Source: the human T2T-CHM13v2.0 reference genome, Homo sapiens
Assembly (NCBI RefSeq): GCF_009914755.1
Contig: NC_060946.1
Direction: 5' to 3' (one strand)
Length of the DNA stretch: 64,000 nt
Of this stretch, positions 48,225-64,000 are shown piece after piece (the first letter of the stretch is position 1; each line of letters opens with the position of its first letter). The notes beneath the pieces were generated by a model. That model was not told the DNA's origin. It worked only from the letters and a program-made list of their open reading frames with translations, and made no database searches. The translations under genes and the position numbers were made by a program.

Positions 48225-50547
48225 GCTGGGCAGGATGCAGTTACCTGGGCACCAAGGGAGGGCGTGTGAGTGACTGCGTCCCTATTCTCACCCTCTAGGA
48301 AGGCTGCTCAGGCACAGGGGTGCTTGAGATGTTGCCCCTGCTCATTGTCTCTGGCCCTGTGCCCCTCCTGGGAGAGAGGTGCCACTGCTCCCCAGACACT
48401 GATGAACGGCCTGTGGCTACAGAGGCACCAGTTCCCTGCACGGCGGTGAGCCCAGCAGAGAGCACAGAGCTCACCCTTCCCCCACTGCTGGGGGAACTGG
48501 GAGCCCCATGGATGCCAGCCCTCCTCGCACCGTGCCTGTTGGCCTCTGCACCTGACTGGTGCACCCGCTTGGGCCCCACCTGAGCCATCCCTGAGTGGGC
48601 ACAGCGGCATCCAACACTTCCTCGGCCACTCTGGCCTCCAGGGCTTCCTGTCCACCACTGGCTGTGCCCTCTGGCTCCCCAGATCCCAGGGGCCACACCA
48701 GTGCTTTCCCACTCTGGCCATCTGCATGCCGGGACTGCCGGTCCTGCCACTGGGCTTGGCTGAGTCCCGCCCTCTGTCCAGGGCTCACTCCAGTGTCTCT
48801 CTTGGGAGCCACCCTCCCTCCCTGCTGGCAAATCCAGTCTCCCTTCTTCTCTCCTCCCTGCTGCCACCTCTGCCCATGGCCAGCTCAGGGATCAGGGGAA
48901 AAGAGGCACACAGGGTCCCGGGGGGCTGCTAGGAGGAGCCTTCCTCTCACATCTGCTGGGCCCCAGGCCTGCCCCGCCACAATTTCTAACCGCTATCACC
49001 ACCCTATAAGGCGGCAGCACCCTTTTCACTCTTGGGGAAACCGAGGCAGAGAATAGTCACTGAGCTGCACCAGGCCCCTGGCGCTGAGGCCTGAAGTACT
49101 CTAGGGCCTCATGGCACCACTGAAGGGCAGAGTGGCTGGGGCAGAGTCGCCGTGCGGCTCCTTAGGAGAGCTGCGGTCACAGATGAGCAGCTGTTCCCCA
49201 GACCACTGGGCCTGTGGGGGAAGACTGCCGGGCCACCACCCACCCAGAGAGGCTTCCCGGGTCCGTGCCGAGCCCTTCCAACCACTCAGACCCACAGGGC
49301 CTCGCACTCCACCTCAGCCCCACAGCTGGCTGCTCTGTGGGGTGGCCCTGGAGCCAGAAGCGACCAGCTCCATGTCTGTCTGCCTGCAGACCCTGAGCTG
49401 GGCTAAGGGCTCAGAGGGAAAGGCCAGGAGCAGACCACTGGGTGGCTGGGGCAGCCTGTCACAGGGGGCCTTTCCCACTGGGCTCTGGGACAGTGGGGCA
49501 GGCCCCGGCCCAGCCACCTGCAGCCTGCACACAAGGCAGGGAGGATGGCCCACGGCAGCCACAGCCAGCAGAGGGACTGGGGCCAGTAAAGGACCAGGGC
49601 AGGGGAGATGGGAAGGACTCTTCAGAAGGGGCTGGGTGGTAGGCGGATGGGGGTGCAGGTTCAGAGGCAGGAGTGCTGTGGATGTCTGGAGGCAGCTGTC
49701 CAGGGTGCCCCTTCAGCAGCACTGCCACCGCCAAGCCCTGCCTCTCCCCTTCTGAATACACGCCAGCCCTCTCCTTACTCTATTCAGAGCTGGGGCAAAG
49801 GTTCAAAACACCTGAGAAATGCCCCTGCCAAGGTGTCCTGCAGAGTGGAGGGTGGACAGCAGCCAGTGCCCAAGCGGGCGGCATGGGGGAGGGCAGGAGG
49901 CCTGGGAGGGGCCGGGCAGTGACTCCAGGGCGCAGGTCCACCCTGCCTGGCGAGAGACCTCGGGCAGCCACTCTACCTCCCAACCCTGCCTCTCTCAAGG
50001 GGTTCCGAAGACAATGCGGAGTTCCCTGGGATATCCTTTACTAACTGCCAAGTCCCATTTTTCCTTTTCTTTTTTGAGGGGGATGAGAGAGGTTTCGTCC
50101 TCTCTCACCTTTGGCTGAAAGCCAACTGATCATGCCCAAACTTAAGGGTGGCTTCCAGGGGAGGCAGAGGGACCAGACCCCACACTGCTCCCAAGACCCA
50201 CGGCCCCTGCTCCAGCCTGTGATGGGGAAGACTCCAAGACTCCTGAAGACGCAGCCAGGCCGGGGGCTGGAACAGCTGCCCTCAGCGGGCTGGCTTGGAG
50301 GACAGTTCTCAGAAGCCACTGCCTGTTTGTGCTATGCCTGCCAGGTAAGAAAGGCAAGCTAGCCAGGGGGACAGGAAGGCAGGGCCCAGCTCCAAGAGGA
50401 GCCAAAGAATGCAGACCCGGCAAAAGCACCTCCACCTAGCAGGAAAGCACCGAGTCCAGGATGGAGGGTCCCTCCCATGACTCCAGTCCAGGAAGCAGAG
50501 CCTGACAGGTCACCTCTACACAGGCTCCCCTGTGCAGTCCAGGCACG

Positions 50548-50800
50548 AACACACATTAGACACACGCTATGCTCACACATACACACACATGCACATGGTG
50601 CACACAGACACATGCAAAACCCACACATAGGACACATGCCTACACATACATGTTCACACACCCATATGTGCACACACACACATGCACACACACAGGCACA
50701 CACTCATACCTACATACACATACACACACGCAGACTCAGACACTCAGGCACAGGCACTCACGTATGTGCACACACAGCACAGAGAAGCACACACACAGAC
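50548..50800. repeat. Degenerate (CA)n tract, about 250 bp
   Basis: CACACATACACACACATGCACATGGTGCACACAGACAC...; explains the His/Thr-rich and Cys/Val-rich ORFs. Confidence 0.9.
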
Positions 50801-52124
50801 AGCACGGCGGCCTTGGGCGGTGCCAGCCGAAGCCCGGCCCCCACATGCCACCTGCCTGGGGCCTGGCGGGAGTTTCCAGAACCTCACCAGCAGAAGGCTC
50901 ATTCTCAGGTGATGAAATCAAGTTCTCCTCTATTGTTTCCCCAGAACTGCAGGGAACAAACCCGTCACGTTGTTACAACAACCAAAATGCACAGGCCAAA
51001 ATGATGCATCGGCAATTAAGGGCTCCATCATTTCAAGTAATTAAAATAAATGCTTTATTTGAAAACTAATTAATTCTAGCTACATATTTTTCCCATGACA
51101 ATATCCTAGGATTGCTTGATTTATGACATCTAATTATTCTTTATTAATCTAATTGAGAATCATCACATTCCCCTATCTTGCCTGGCCCCAGGCTGTGGAG
51201 CAAAGGCCGCCCTTGCGCAAGGCCCGTGTGCGCCCAGCTGTCCTTGCGGTGGCCCCGGCCCAGCCCCGGCCCTGTCCTCCCGGAGGCAAAGGAACAGGAA
51301 ACTTAATCCACAGAGCACAACTTTGGCTTCTGCCTGCTCTTCCAGGTGTCAAAGTGAGCCACATTCTTTGAAAAATGAAAGGCAGTCTGACACAATTTGT
51401 GCAACTCTAACAGCCCTTCCAGAGAAGCCACAAACACCCCTGAAAGCCCCAGGGAACAAATGGACGACAACAGCATCTGCCTGCAATGCACCACCGCGGA
51501 GGCAGCTCGGCAGGCCCCAGGGCTCTCCCAAGAGGGGTCCAGAGCGCTCCTCTGGGTGTGGGGACCAGCGGGTAGGTGCAACTGGCAGAGAGGTCCACAG
51601 ACACCCCACTCAAGGGAGGCAGGGGCAGGCCTGCAAATGTCCTGCTGGCGCAAACCCACCCACACCTGCAGGGCCTTCCTCCCTACAGATGAAGCAGGGC
51701 TGCGGCAGTGGCTGGAGCCCAAACACCACAGGTCCCTACCCAAGACATTCTTGGGCTCCTGGGGGTTCATGCCAGACAGGCCTCAGCTCAGCCTGGGCCC
51801 CCGCCCTGCCCTCGGGCTGCACAGCCCTGTGCTCAGTCCCCTAGCCCTTTTGTGGAAATCAGCAAAGAGTACCACGAAGTGAGCCAACGTGGGGAGCCAC
51901 CACCCAGAGAGGCCACTGGCACCACCCCTGCCCACCCCAGCCCACCAGGTCCTCCCTGTCCCATTGGGCATGTGACAGCACAAGGACAGGCCGCACAGGC
52001 CGCTGGGAGTGCCTCAAACAGGACCCTCTGCCCCACTGCATATCTCACACAAGGGCATGGAACTAGCTCCAGCATCCCCCGAGGAAGCTCCAGCCCATAA
52101 TCAGCAAGACTGAAGACTAGGTCA

Positions 52125-52853
<729 letters not shown>

Positions 52854-55241
52854 TATTAAACGCATCACTAAGTTGACAAAAAAAAGTCTGAGCTGCCAGA
52901 GGCCAAACACTAAGTAAAAGTGCAGCCTCGGGAGACCTGCCAAGCCTGCCTTGAGGGCATTTGCTGCACTAGTGACCTGGATTTCCAGCTCTGATGGCCT
53001 CTGGGGTGACAAAAGGCAAAGCTTAGGGCCATCCTATGGTGGCTAACCTCCTAGGAGAACCCCAGTAGCTAGATGCTCAGTGTTAGGCTGAGCCAGCACT
53101 AAACCTACACCCACGGATGCCAGAAAAACACCAGTCCTCAGGTTTCAGCCCTAACTCACACCACCTTGAGAGATCCCCCACACTTCAGTCTGTCTTCTCA
53201 GAAGGAACCCACCTGCAACCCAGGCCTCAAGGAATTCACTTTAGAATAAGTCCTAAGAAGTGCAAGGTTGTAGTCAAAAATCACAAAAGTCAACAAGGCA
53301 CTGTAATCGAGAGTCATGAGAGGCAACAAAAAACAGAACTAGACCCACAGAGCAGAGCACTCGGGTATATAAGGCAAGGGTGCTTAACGCTCTTAAAGAA
53401 ACAGAGAGGGAACTGCAACTACAAGTAGAGAGCAAGGGAGATGAAACATCATCACACAGATCCAAAAAAGGATCCAACTTGGTGAGAGGTGGTTGGGAAA
53501 CAGGAGATGTGTGTTGCGCCAAGGTATTACTCTCCAAACTGTTTACTGATCACAAAAGGAAAATGTGTATCTTCAATGGAGACATCTGGCTGTCACCACT
53601 TTCACCACTGAGAAAAGCTAGCACTGCCAATAATGAACAAACTGGCATTGCTTATCTCCTGATGTGATGCCACAGACATGGCACCAACCTTGTGTGTCCC
53701 TGCCAACAATGCTCAACCTCAATCCAGCCATAAAGGAAACAATCAGACACATCCAGGTTACGAGACACTGGGCAAGACTACTAGCTTGGACTCATCAAAA
53801 AGGTCAGCATCAAGAGAAACAACCAAAGGAAAACGCTGGGTAACTTCCACATTAAGAGACCAAAGGGGCATGATGACCAAACATGACATATAAACCTTAG
53901 ATCCTGGCTCTTAGATCAGATCCTGGATCAAAAAAAAGGGGGCTATAAGGGACATCTGGGGGATCTTTGTGGGTAATCTGAATATGGACTACAGATAATG
54001 GGGTGTTATTAATTTCCTTGGAAGGATAACAGTATTTTATGTAGAAGAATGTCTTTATTCCTACGAGATACATCCGAAAGTATTTAGGGGTGAAATGCTA
54101 TAATGTCTACAATCTGCTTTCAAATGTTTCAAAAAAAATTCTCTCTTAATCTCTACCTATCTATGTATGAATATATAGGCAGAGAAGTAGTACAAATGTG
54201 GCAAAATGCTAACAACTGGTGACCACAGGTGAAGGTGTACAGGTATTTATTTTACTACACTTGCAGCTTTTCTGTAGATTTAAAACCATAAAAGCATGCC
54301 AGAGGGGTGGAGAAAGACAAGTCCACACTGGACTCGTATCCAGAATATCTAAAGAACACAGAGGTCAACAGAATACAAAAGCAAACACCGAAAGAAAAAT
54401 AAGCAAAAGGCTTGGACAGATATTTCACAAGCAACGTAAATGTCCAATAAATATATGCAAAGATGTTTAACCTAATTAATAATCCTGGGAATGCCTGTCA
54501 AAACTACAATGTGATATAATTACACTCTCAGCAGATTAGCAAAAAATTAAACAGTCTGTCAAATGTTGATGAAGACAGAGGACAACTGGAACCTTCTACC
54601 ATGCTAGAAGGAGCGCACACGGAAACGACCACTTTGGAAAACAATCTGACTCCATCTTGCACACCGTATGACTCGGCAACCCTACTCTTAGATAAACACC
54701 CTGAAGAAATTCTCACAAGTGTGTACAAAGAAACTCACACAAGAATGTTCCTAGTAGTATTGGGTATAATAACAAAAACCAAAAACAACCCAAATGGCTA
54801 GCAACTGCAGAAAGGAACACATTGGGTAAATTCGTACGATAGAATACTCCACAGAACTGAAAATGAATCAACTCCAGTCTTACATGGATGAAGCTCAAAG
54901 TCATAATTCTCATCAAGAGACATGAAGGGAGTCAAAACTGAAGACACAGACAGAAATAAAATGTTCACAACACGTATCTGTTCAAGGATTCATTCTCAGA
55001 ATTTACTCCTTGACTCAGAATATGTCACTCAATAAGAAAAAGAGTGTAACACAAAGTAATTCCAAAACGCTAAAATTAGAGATGGGCAAAAAGGTATATG
55101 GGGCAAACAGAAACAATAAGAAAGTAGGGGTTGAAATACTAATAGCAGACAAAGTTGAATTCCAGCCAAAAAGCATTAGACTTGACAAAGACAGATAGTT
55201 TTTAATTCTTCATTGCAGTTTACAAAATATAACAGTTTATT

Positions 55242-55523
<282 letters not shown>

Positions 55524-55626
55524 CTATATATATAACAGTTTTTAATATCTATATATAATATATAATTAATCTATGTAACAGTTTTTAATATCTATGCACT
55601 ATATAACAGAGATACCACCTCTATAG

Positions 55627-56001
<375 letters not shown>

Positions 56002-56924
56002 TAACATACTACTCTTAGTACAAGTCAGATCACGTGGACAATAAGTAGGCAGATAGAAGATCCAAAAAATACAACCAACAAGGTAGATACTACAGATCTA
56101 TAATGGAACTTTACACTCTCATAACAGAGCCTACCTCTTCTTCTCAAGGGTACATGGGACATGTATAAAAATTGACTGTATATTGGGTCACAAAGAAATA
56201 TCAGTAAGTTTCATAAAGAAGAAATATTTATAAATAAAATTCCATGACCACAGTGCAATTAAATTAGAAATTAATAAAATAAAAAACAAAAAGGTCTTAT
56301 CAAATAGAAATTTAAAAACAACTTTTAGGTGAAATGGGATAACTGAAACCACAAAAATTTTTTTAAAATGAAAAATACTACGTACCAATTTATGAGATAT
56401 ATTTAAAGCTCTGATCAGAAGAAAAGTATAGACCAATACCAGTTATGACTATCACACAAAAATAGTAAGTAAAATATTAGTAAACAAGACCCAATATCAC
56501 ATTAATATACAGTGATCAAGTGGAATTTATCCTAGAAATGCAAGGTTGGTTCAAATAGGGAATTTATGAAAGCCATATACTGTATTAATAGATATAATGA
56601 GAAAAAGCATGTAATTATCTCCACAGATGCTGAAAAAGCCTTTGACAATATTCAATGCCCATTTTTTATTAAAATACGTAAACAAACAGACATTGATGCA
56701 TTTCTTAGAGGTTAAATATATATATATATATACATCCCCCTTGGTCCTAAATCCAACATATTATTTTATGAAGAAATATTGGGGACATTCCCACTAAGAT
56801 CAGAATGCCTGCTATCTCTACTACCATTCGACATTGTAGTGGCAGTATAAGCCAAGGCAATTAGTCAAGAAAAATTAAGTAGAGGTTTATAATTGGAAAA
56901 GAAGACATTAAACTATCTTCCTGT

Positions 56925-57096
56925 TGAGTATAGTGGTACACGCCTGTAGTCCCAGCTACTTGGGAGGCTGAGGCAGGAGGATTGCTTGAGCTCAGGAGTT
57001 TGAGGCTACAGTGTACTATGATCACACCTGTGACTAGCCATTGCACTCCAGCCTCGGCAACACAGCAAGACCCCATCTCTAGAAAAAGAAAACAAA
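56925..57096 (+). mobile_element. Alu monomer (FAM/FRAM-like)
   Basis: Single arm with TACTATGATCACACCTGTGACTAGCCA. Confidence 0.75.
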
Positions 57097-57977
57097 ACCA
57101 TATTCCAGATTATACGATGGTATACATGGAAAGCCATAGAAAATCAATGATAAAACAGATTCAAATAATAAAAAAAAAACTTCAACTGGTAGCAGGATGT
57201 AAAACTAACATAGAGAATTCAATAGTCTCTATGTTATTTGTATACAATAACAATAAAGAGCACATATTACTTGTACAAAAATAATAACCAGTTAGAGAAA
57301 ATTCCATTTATACCAAAGAAGATAAAATACTTAAGAATAACTTTAATAAATAAATATGAAAAACCTACATGAAGAAAATGTTAAAATTCTCTTGGAAGAC
57401 ACAAAAGTAGATTTGAACAAAGGAAAAAGGATCCTTTGTTCTTGGTTAAGACAATTCAACATCAACATAAAGATGTCTCTTCTCCCCAAATTAATTTATA
57501 AATTTAACACAACCCCAACGGAAACACCAGCAAGCTTCTTTATGGAGTTAGAGAAGTTGATATTAACACTCACTTGGATAAACAAAAATGTAGCATGCAC
57601 AGAAAAACATGGGGAAAAATTAGCTGCAAAGGAGCTAGCCCTATCAGATACTAACAGGTACTCAAGTCTTTAGGATTAAAAGTATAGTACTCCTGTATAG
57701 ACAGATGGATCAGTGAAATAGAAAGCCTAGAAATAAACCCAAGTACGTGTGGAAGTTTAATACATAAAAGAGGTGGTATCTCACATCACTGGAACAAAAA
57801 TGGTTAACCATATAAAATCAGATCCATATCTTACAGTGAAATACACGAGCATAAACTCCAAGTGGATCTGGGATCCATATGTAAAAAATAAACCAAGCAC
57901 TAGAAGAAAACATGGAAGAACTGCATTATTAACATGGTTGTGGAAAAGGTTTGTCATGACTCAAAATTTAGATACAA

Positions 57978-59210
<1,233 letters not shown>

Positions 59211-60291
59211 ATCCCAAAAAACAATTCTCTGAAAACAGAAAAGTGGGCAACAGCAGCCAGCCGGGTTTTGGAGGAAAGCAAAGCTTAGGACAGTGACCTA
59301 CACAGAGACATGTTTCCTAGGTTATTCGTATGTGTGTTTTGGGGTGCTGCCCTACAGTTGGCCCTGGTTGCAGAGCTACCAGGCAGCAGTGGCTAAAACT
59401 TGGATAAAACTCCAAATTTCTAGATAGAGATACAGAGAAAAAGGTGCGCTACGGCCCCAAGAATGTGAGGGGAAACCCTGAAGGTTTACTGTCCCCCTCT
59501 CTCACGGTGCTGCCCCAGGGATGGCCCTGCACACAGAGCCCAGGGGAAAGTGACTGAGAGAGAAGCTTGTCTTTCTGATCAGGGGAACCAAGGAAAGGGA
59601 ACCCTGCAAGATGGCAAGGGGGGAAACTACAGAGTGGGGAGAGCTAAAAAAAGTTCCCCAATTCTGTGAATAAATACACAGAAGCCTCAAGCTCACCCCT
59701 GAGCTGTGTATACACAGGGCAGACCCAAAGCAGCACCAGCTGTAAGAAGGGAAGTAAACCAACACTCAAGTCTCAGGCTGAGCCCTGGGTGGCTGATGTG
59801 CGAGACAGAACCAAAGCAGCATGTCAAAAGCTCTGAAAATAAAAATGAGATTAAAACCACAGCCCACGGAGGGCGAGATGGAGCTTGTGCAAATCTAACT
59901 GGGTTGACTGCCTGCTAGCGCCAAACTCAGCTCTCTCTGGAGGACCTCACACACTATTCAACCCAGGATATGTCTAGGATATCATCCAAAATTATTCAGC
60001 ATACAAAGAACCCGGAAAATGAGACCAACTCTCAAGGAAAAAGCCAATTTACAGATGCCAACCTTGAGAAGATTCAGATGTTGGAAATATCTGGTAAAAA
60101 TTTTAAAGCAGCTTTATGATTATGCTGCATGAGGCAAAAATAAACATCCTTGAACTGAATGGAGGGAAAAGACCTCTCAGCAGAGAAATAGAAATTATTT
60201 TTTAAAAAACCAAACAAATACGAATTTCAGAACTGAATAATATCTGAAAAAAATCAATAATGGAATGGGAGATGACAGAGTGACATAAAGT

Positions 60292-60850
<559 letters not shown>

Positions 60851-62282
60851 TTAGCATAGCAGGGACTTGTGGAATAATAGTAAAAGGTCTAACATTAAGG
60901 GCAGTGGAGTCTGAGAAGTAGAAGAGAGAAACAGATTTGGACCCAAAAATTAATTGAATAAATAATGCCTGAAATTTCACAAACTTAGAGAAAGACAAAA
61001 GCACATATGTTTAAGAACATGATGAACCATAAACGAACCATAGGATAAATTCAAAGAAAACAATATTGAAACATCATAAACTGCTGAAAAATAATAATGA
61101 AACCATGGAGGCCAGAAGGGTGGAACATCTTTGTTAAAGAACTGAAAGAAAACAACTCTATATCTAGCAAAATATTCTTTGGGGATGAAGGCAAAATAAA
61201 GATTCCCAGATGAGGGCAAATGAGAATTTCTTGCCTACAGATCTGCACTAAAAGAAATGCTAAAGTTCTTCAGGTTCAAAAGACATGATACCAGAAAGAC
61301 ATGTGGAACTTCAAGAAGGTAGGAGGAGCAATGGTAAAATGCGGTTTTATCACTTCAGTAAACATGTATGATTGTTAAAATTGTATTATCTGTTGAGGTT
61401 TTCAATATGGCAGTTATAACATAATGGAGGAGGGTAAGGGACCTATGTGGTTGTAAGCCTTCTATATTTTATTTGAAATGGAAAAATATTAACTCTAAGA
61501 AGACTGTGAAGGGTTAATTAAGTATGTACACTGTCATCCCTGCAGCAACCATTAAAAACATAACACAAAGAGATACTGCCAAAGTTCCAACAAAAAATCA
61601 AAACAATGTTTTAAAATACCTAAATAATTCAAGAGAGGACAGGAAAGAGGGGATAGAAGAAAAAAAAAGAAGAGAAGAAAAAGAGAAAACAACAAAATAG
61701 TAGACCTAAATATAACCATACCAATCACTACAATAAACATAAATGCTCCCAACATGCTAATTATAAGACCCAACTATAAGCTATAAAAAATAAAAAGGTG
61801 AAAAAGATATGCTATACAAATAATAAATTGCAGTGGATATATTAATATCAGGCAAAGTAGACCTCAGAGTGAGGAATATTATCACGGACAAGAAGAAGAT
61901 ACAATGATAAATGGCATCGATTCAGAAAGAAGACACAAAAGTTGTAAATACTGAGCTAATAAGAGAACTTCAAAATGCATGAAGAAAAAACTGATGGAAC
62001 TGAAAGTAGAAATAGATAACTACATAATTATAGGTGGAGACTTAAACTCCTCCTTAGTAACTGACTGAACAAGTGGTCAGGAAGTCATACAGAAGACCTG
62101 ACTAATACTATCTACCTACTTGACCTAGTTGACATTTATAGAACATGCCGCTCAGTAGAAGAAACACATTCCTCTCAAATGCACATGGAGCACTCATCAA
62201 GATAGGCCATATCCTGGGTCATAAAAGAAACCTTAAAAATGTAAAAAAAAAAAAAAACAAACAAACAAACAAAAAAAAAACC

Positions 62283-62602
<320 letters not shown>

Positions 62603-63814
62603 TTAAACTGGAAATCAATAACAGCAAGATAATGAAAATCTCCAACTATTTGGAAATTAAACAACACTGTTTTATATAATCAATGGGTTCAAGAGGAAGT
62701 CCCAAGGGAAATTAGAAAATATCTAAACTAAATACAAATGAAAACACCACATATCAAAACGTGTAGGATGCAGCTAAAACAGTGCTTAGAGGGAAATTTA
62801 CAGCATTAAATACTTACATCGACAAGAAGAAAGGTCTCCAAATCAATGACCTGGTTTATGCCTTAAGATAACAGAAAAAGAGGACAAAGTAAGCCCAAAA
62901 CAAGCACAAGGAAGGAAATAAGATTAGAGCAGAAATAAATATTTTTAAAGAATAGTAAAACAAATGAGAAAATAAAGCAAGAGGTCGGTTCTTTAAAAAG
63001 ATCAATAAAACTGATAAATCTCTAGCTGAACTGACAACAATAAAAAGAGAAGAGACAAATTATAATAATTAAAGAAGGGTTATCACTACAGACACCAGAA
63101 ACATTAAAAGGATAAGGAGATACTATGAACAACTCAAATAAATTCAAGCTAAATAAACCTAGCTGAAATGAAAGTTGGAAGACACAGACTATGTGAAGAA
63201 AGAGAAGACCTGAATAGTCCTGTATCAATTAAAGGAATCACATTTTTAGTTTAAATCCTTGGGGAAAAAAAAAAATCAAAATTCCAGCCCACATGACTTT
63301 ACTGGCAAATTCTACCAAACATTTAAAGAAGAAATAACACTATTCTACAAATTATTTTCCCAGAAAACAGAAAAAGAGAGAACATTTCCCAACTAATTTG
63401 ATGAGGCTAGCACTAACCCAATACCAAAACCAGACAAAGTTAGTAGAAAGAGAAGAAAACCACAAACAAACATATTTCATGAATATAGACATACAAATCC
63501 TCAAACAAAATAATATCTTGCTGCTTAAGTCTCAAGTTGGGGAGGGAAAAACAGCAAATCTAATCCAACAGTGTAGAAAAAGAATACACTGGAGCCAACT
63601 GGCATTTATCTCAGGAATGCAAAGCTGATTCAATATTCAAAAATCATTCAATGTAAACTCTCATGTTAACACTAAAGAAAAACCACAGGATCATATAAGT
63701 TAATATAGAAAAGGCACTGGGCAGAATTCAACATCCATTCATGATTTTTAAAAAAACCCTCAGAAAGCATAATCCATAAGATAAAAAACACAAATTCACC
63801 TTCCACAAAATTAG

Positions 63815-64000
<186 letters not shown>

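Overview
Human (primate) genomic DNA that I recognise as 22q11.21, the DiGeorge critical region. Two genes converge tail-to-tail. On the + strand are the alternative 3' exons of TBX1: exon 9A (CDS 6090-6277, isoform A), and exon 9B (CDS 9783-9892) plus non-coding exon 10 (~10184-10465, isoform B). On the - strand is the complete GNB1L coding sequence in six exons (48224-48097, 47592-47467, 39317-39155, 33627-33529, 29086-28871, 15830-15579; 984 nt, 327-aa WD40 protein), all with GT-AG junctions in phase. Its non-coding 5' exons lie beyond the right edge. The GNB1L last intron carries a full-length RPL7A processed pseudogene with a 14-bp TSD. The rest is about 35 Alus, L1 fragments, a solo LTR1-type ERV1 LTR, an MLT1 LTR and simple repeats. 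Nearly all other listed ORFs are artefacts of GC-rich or repeat sequence. I found no new protein-coding system. The best leads are regulatory: (1) one MLT1 LTR appears to supply both TBX1 exon 9B and, on the other strand, a distal GNB1L poly(A) signal, which would give a sense-antisense overlap; (2) a candidate TDP-43-repressed poison exon in GNB1L (43813-43602); (3) an apparent GNB1L p.Thr284Met allele; (4) AT-rich PBX/HOX-motif islands in GNB1L introns. Repeat subfamilies and reference comparisons come from memory, not from a search.
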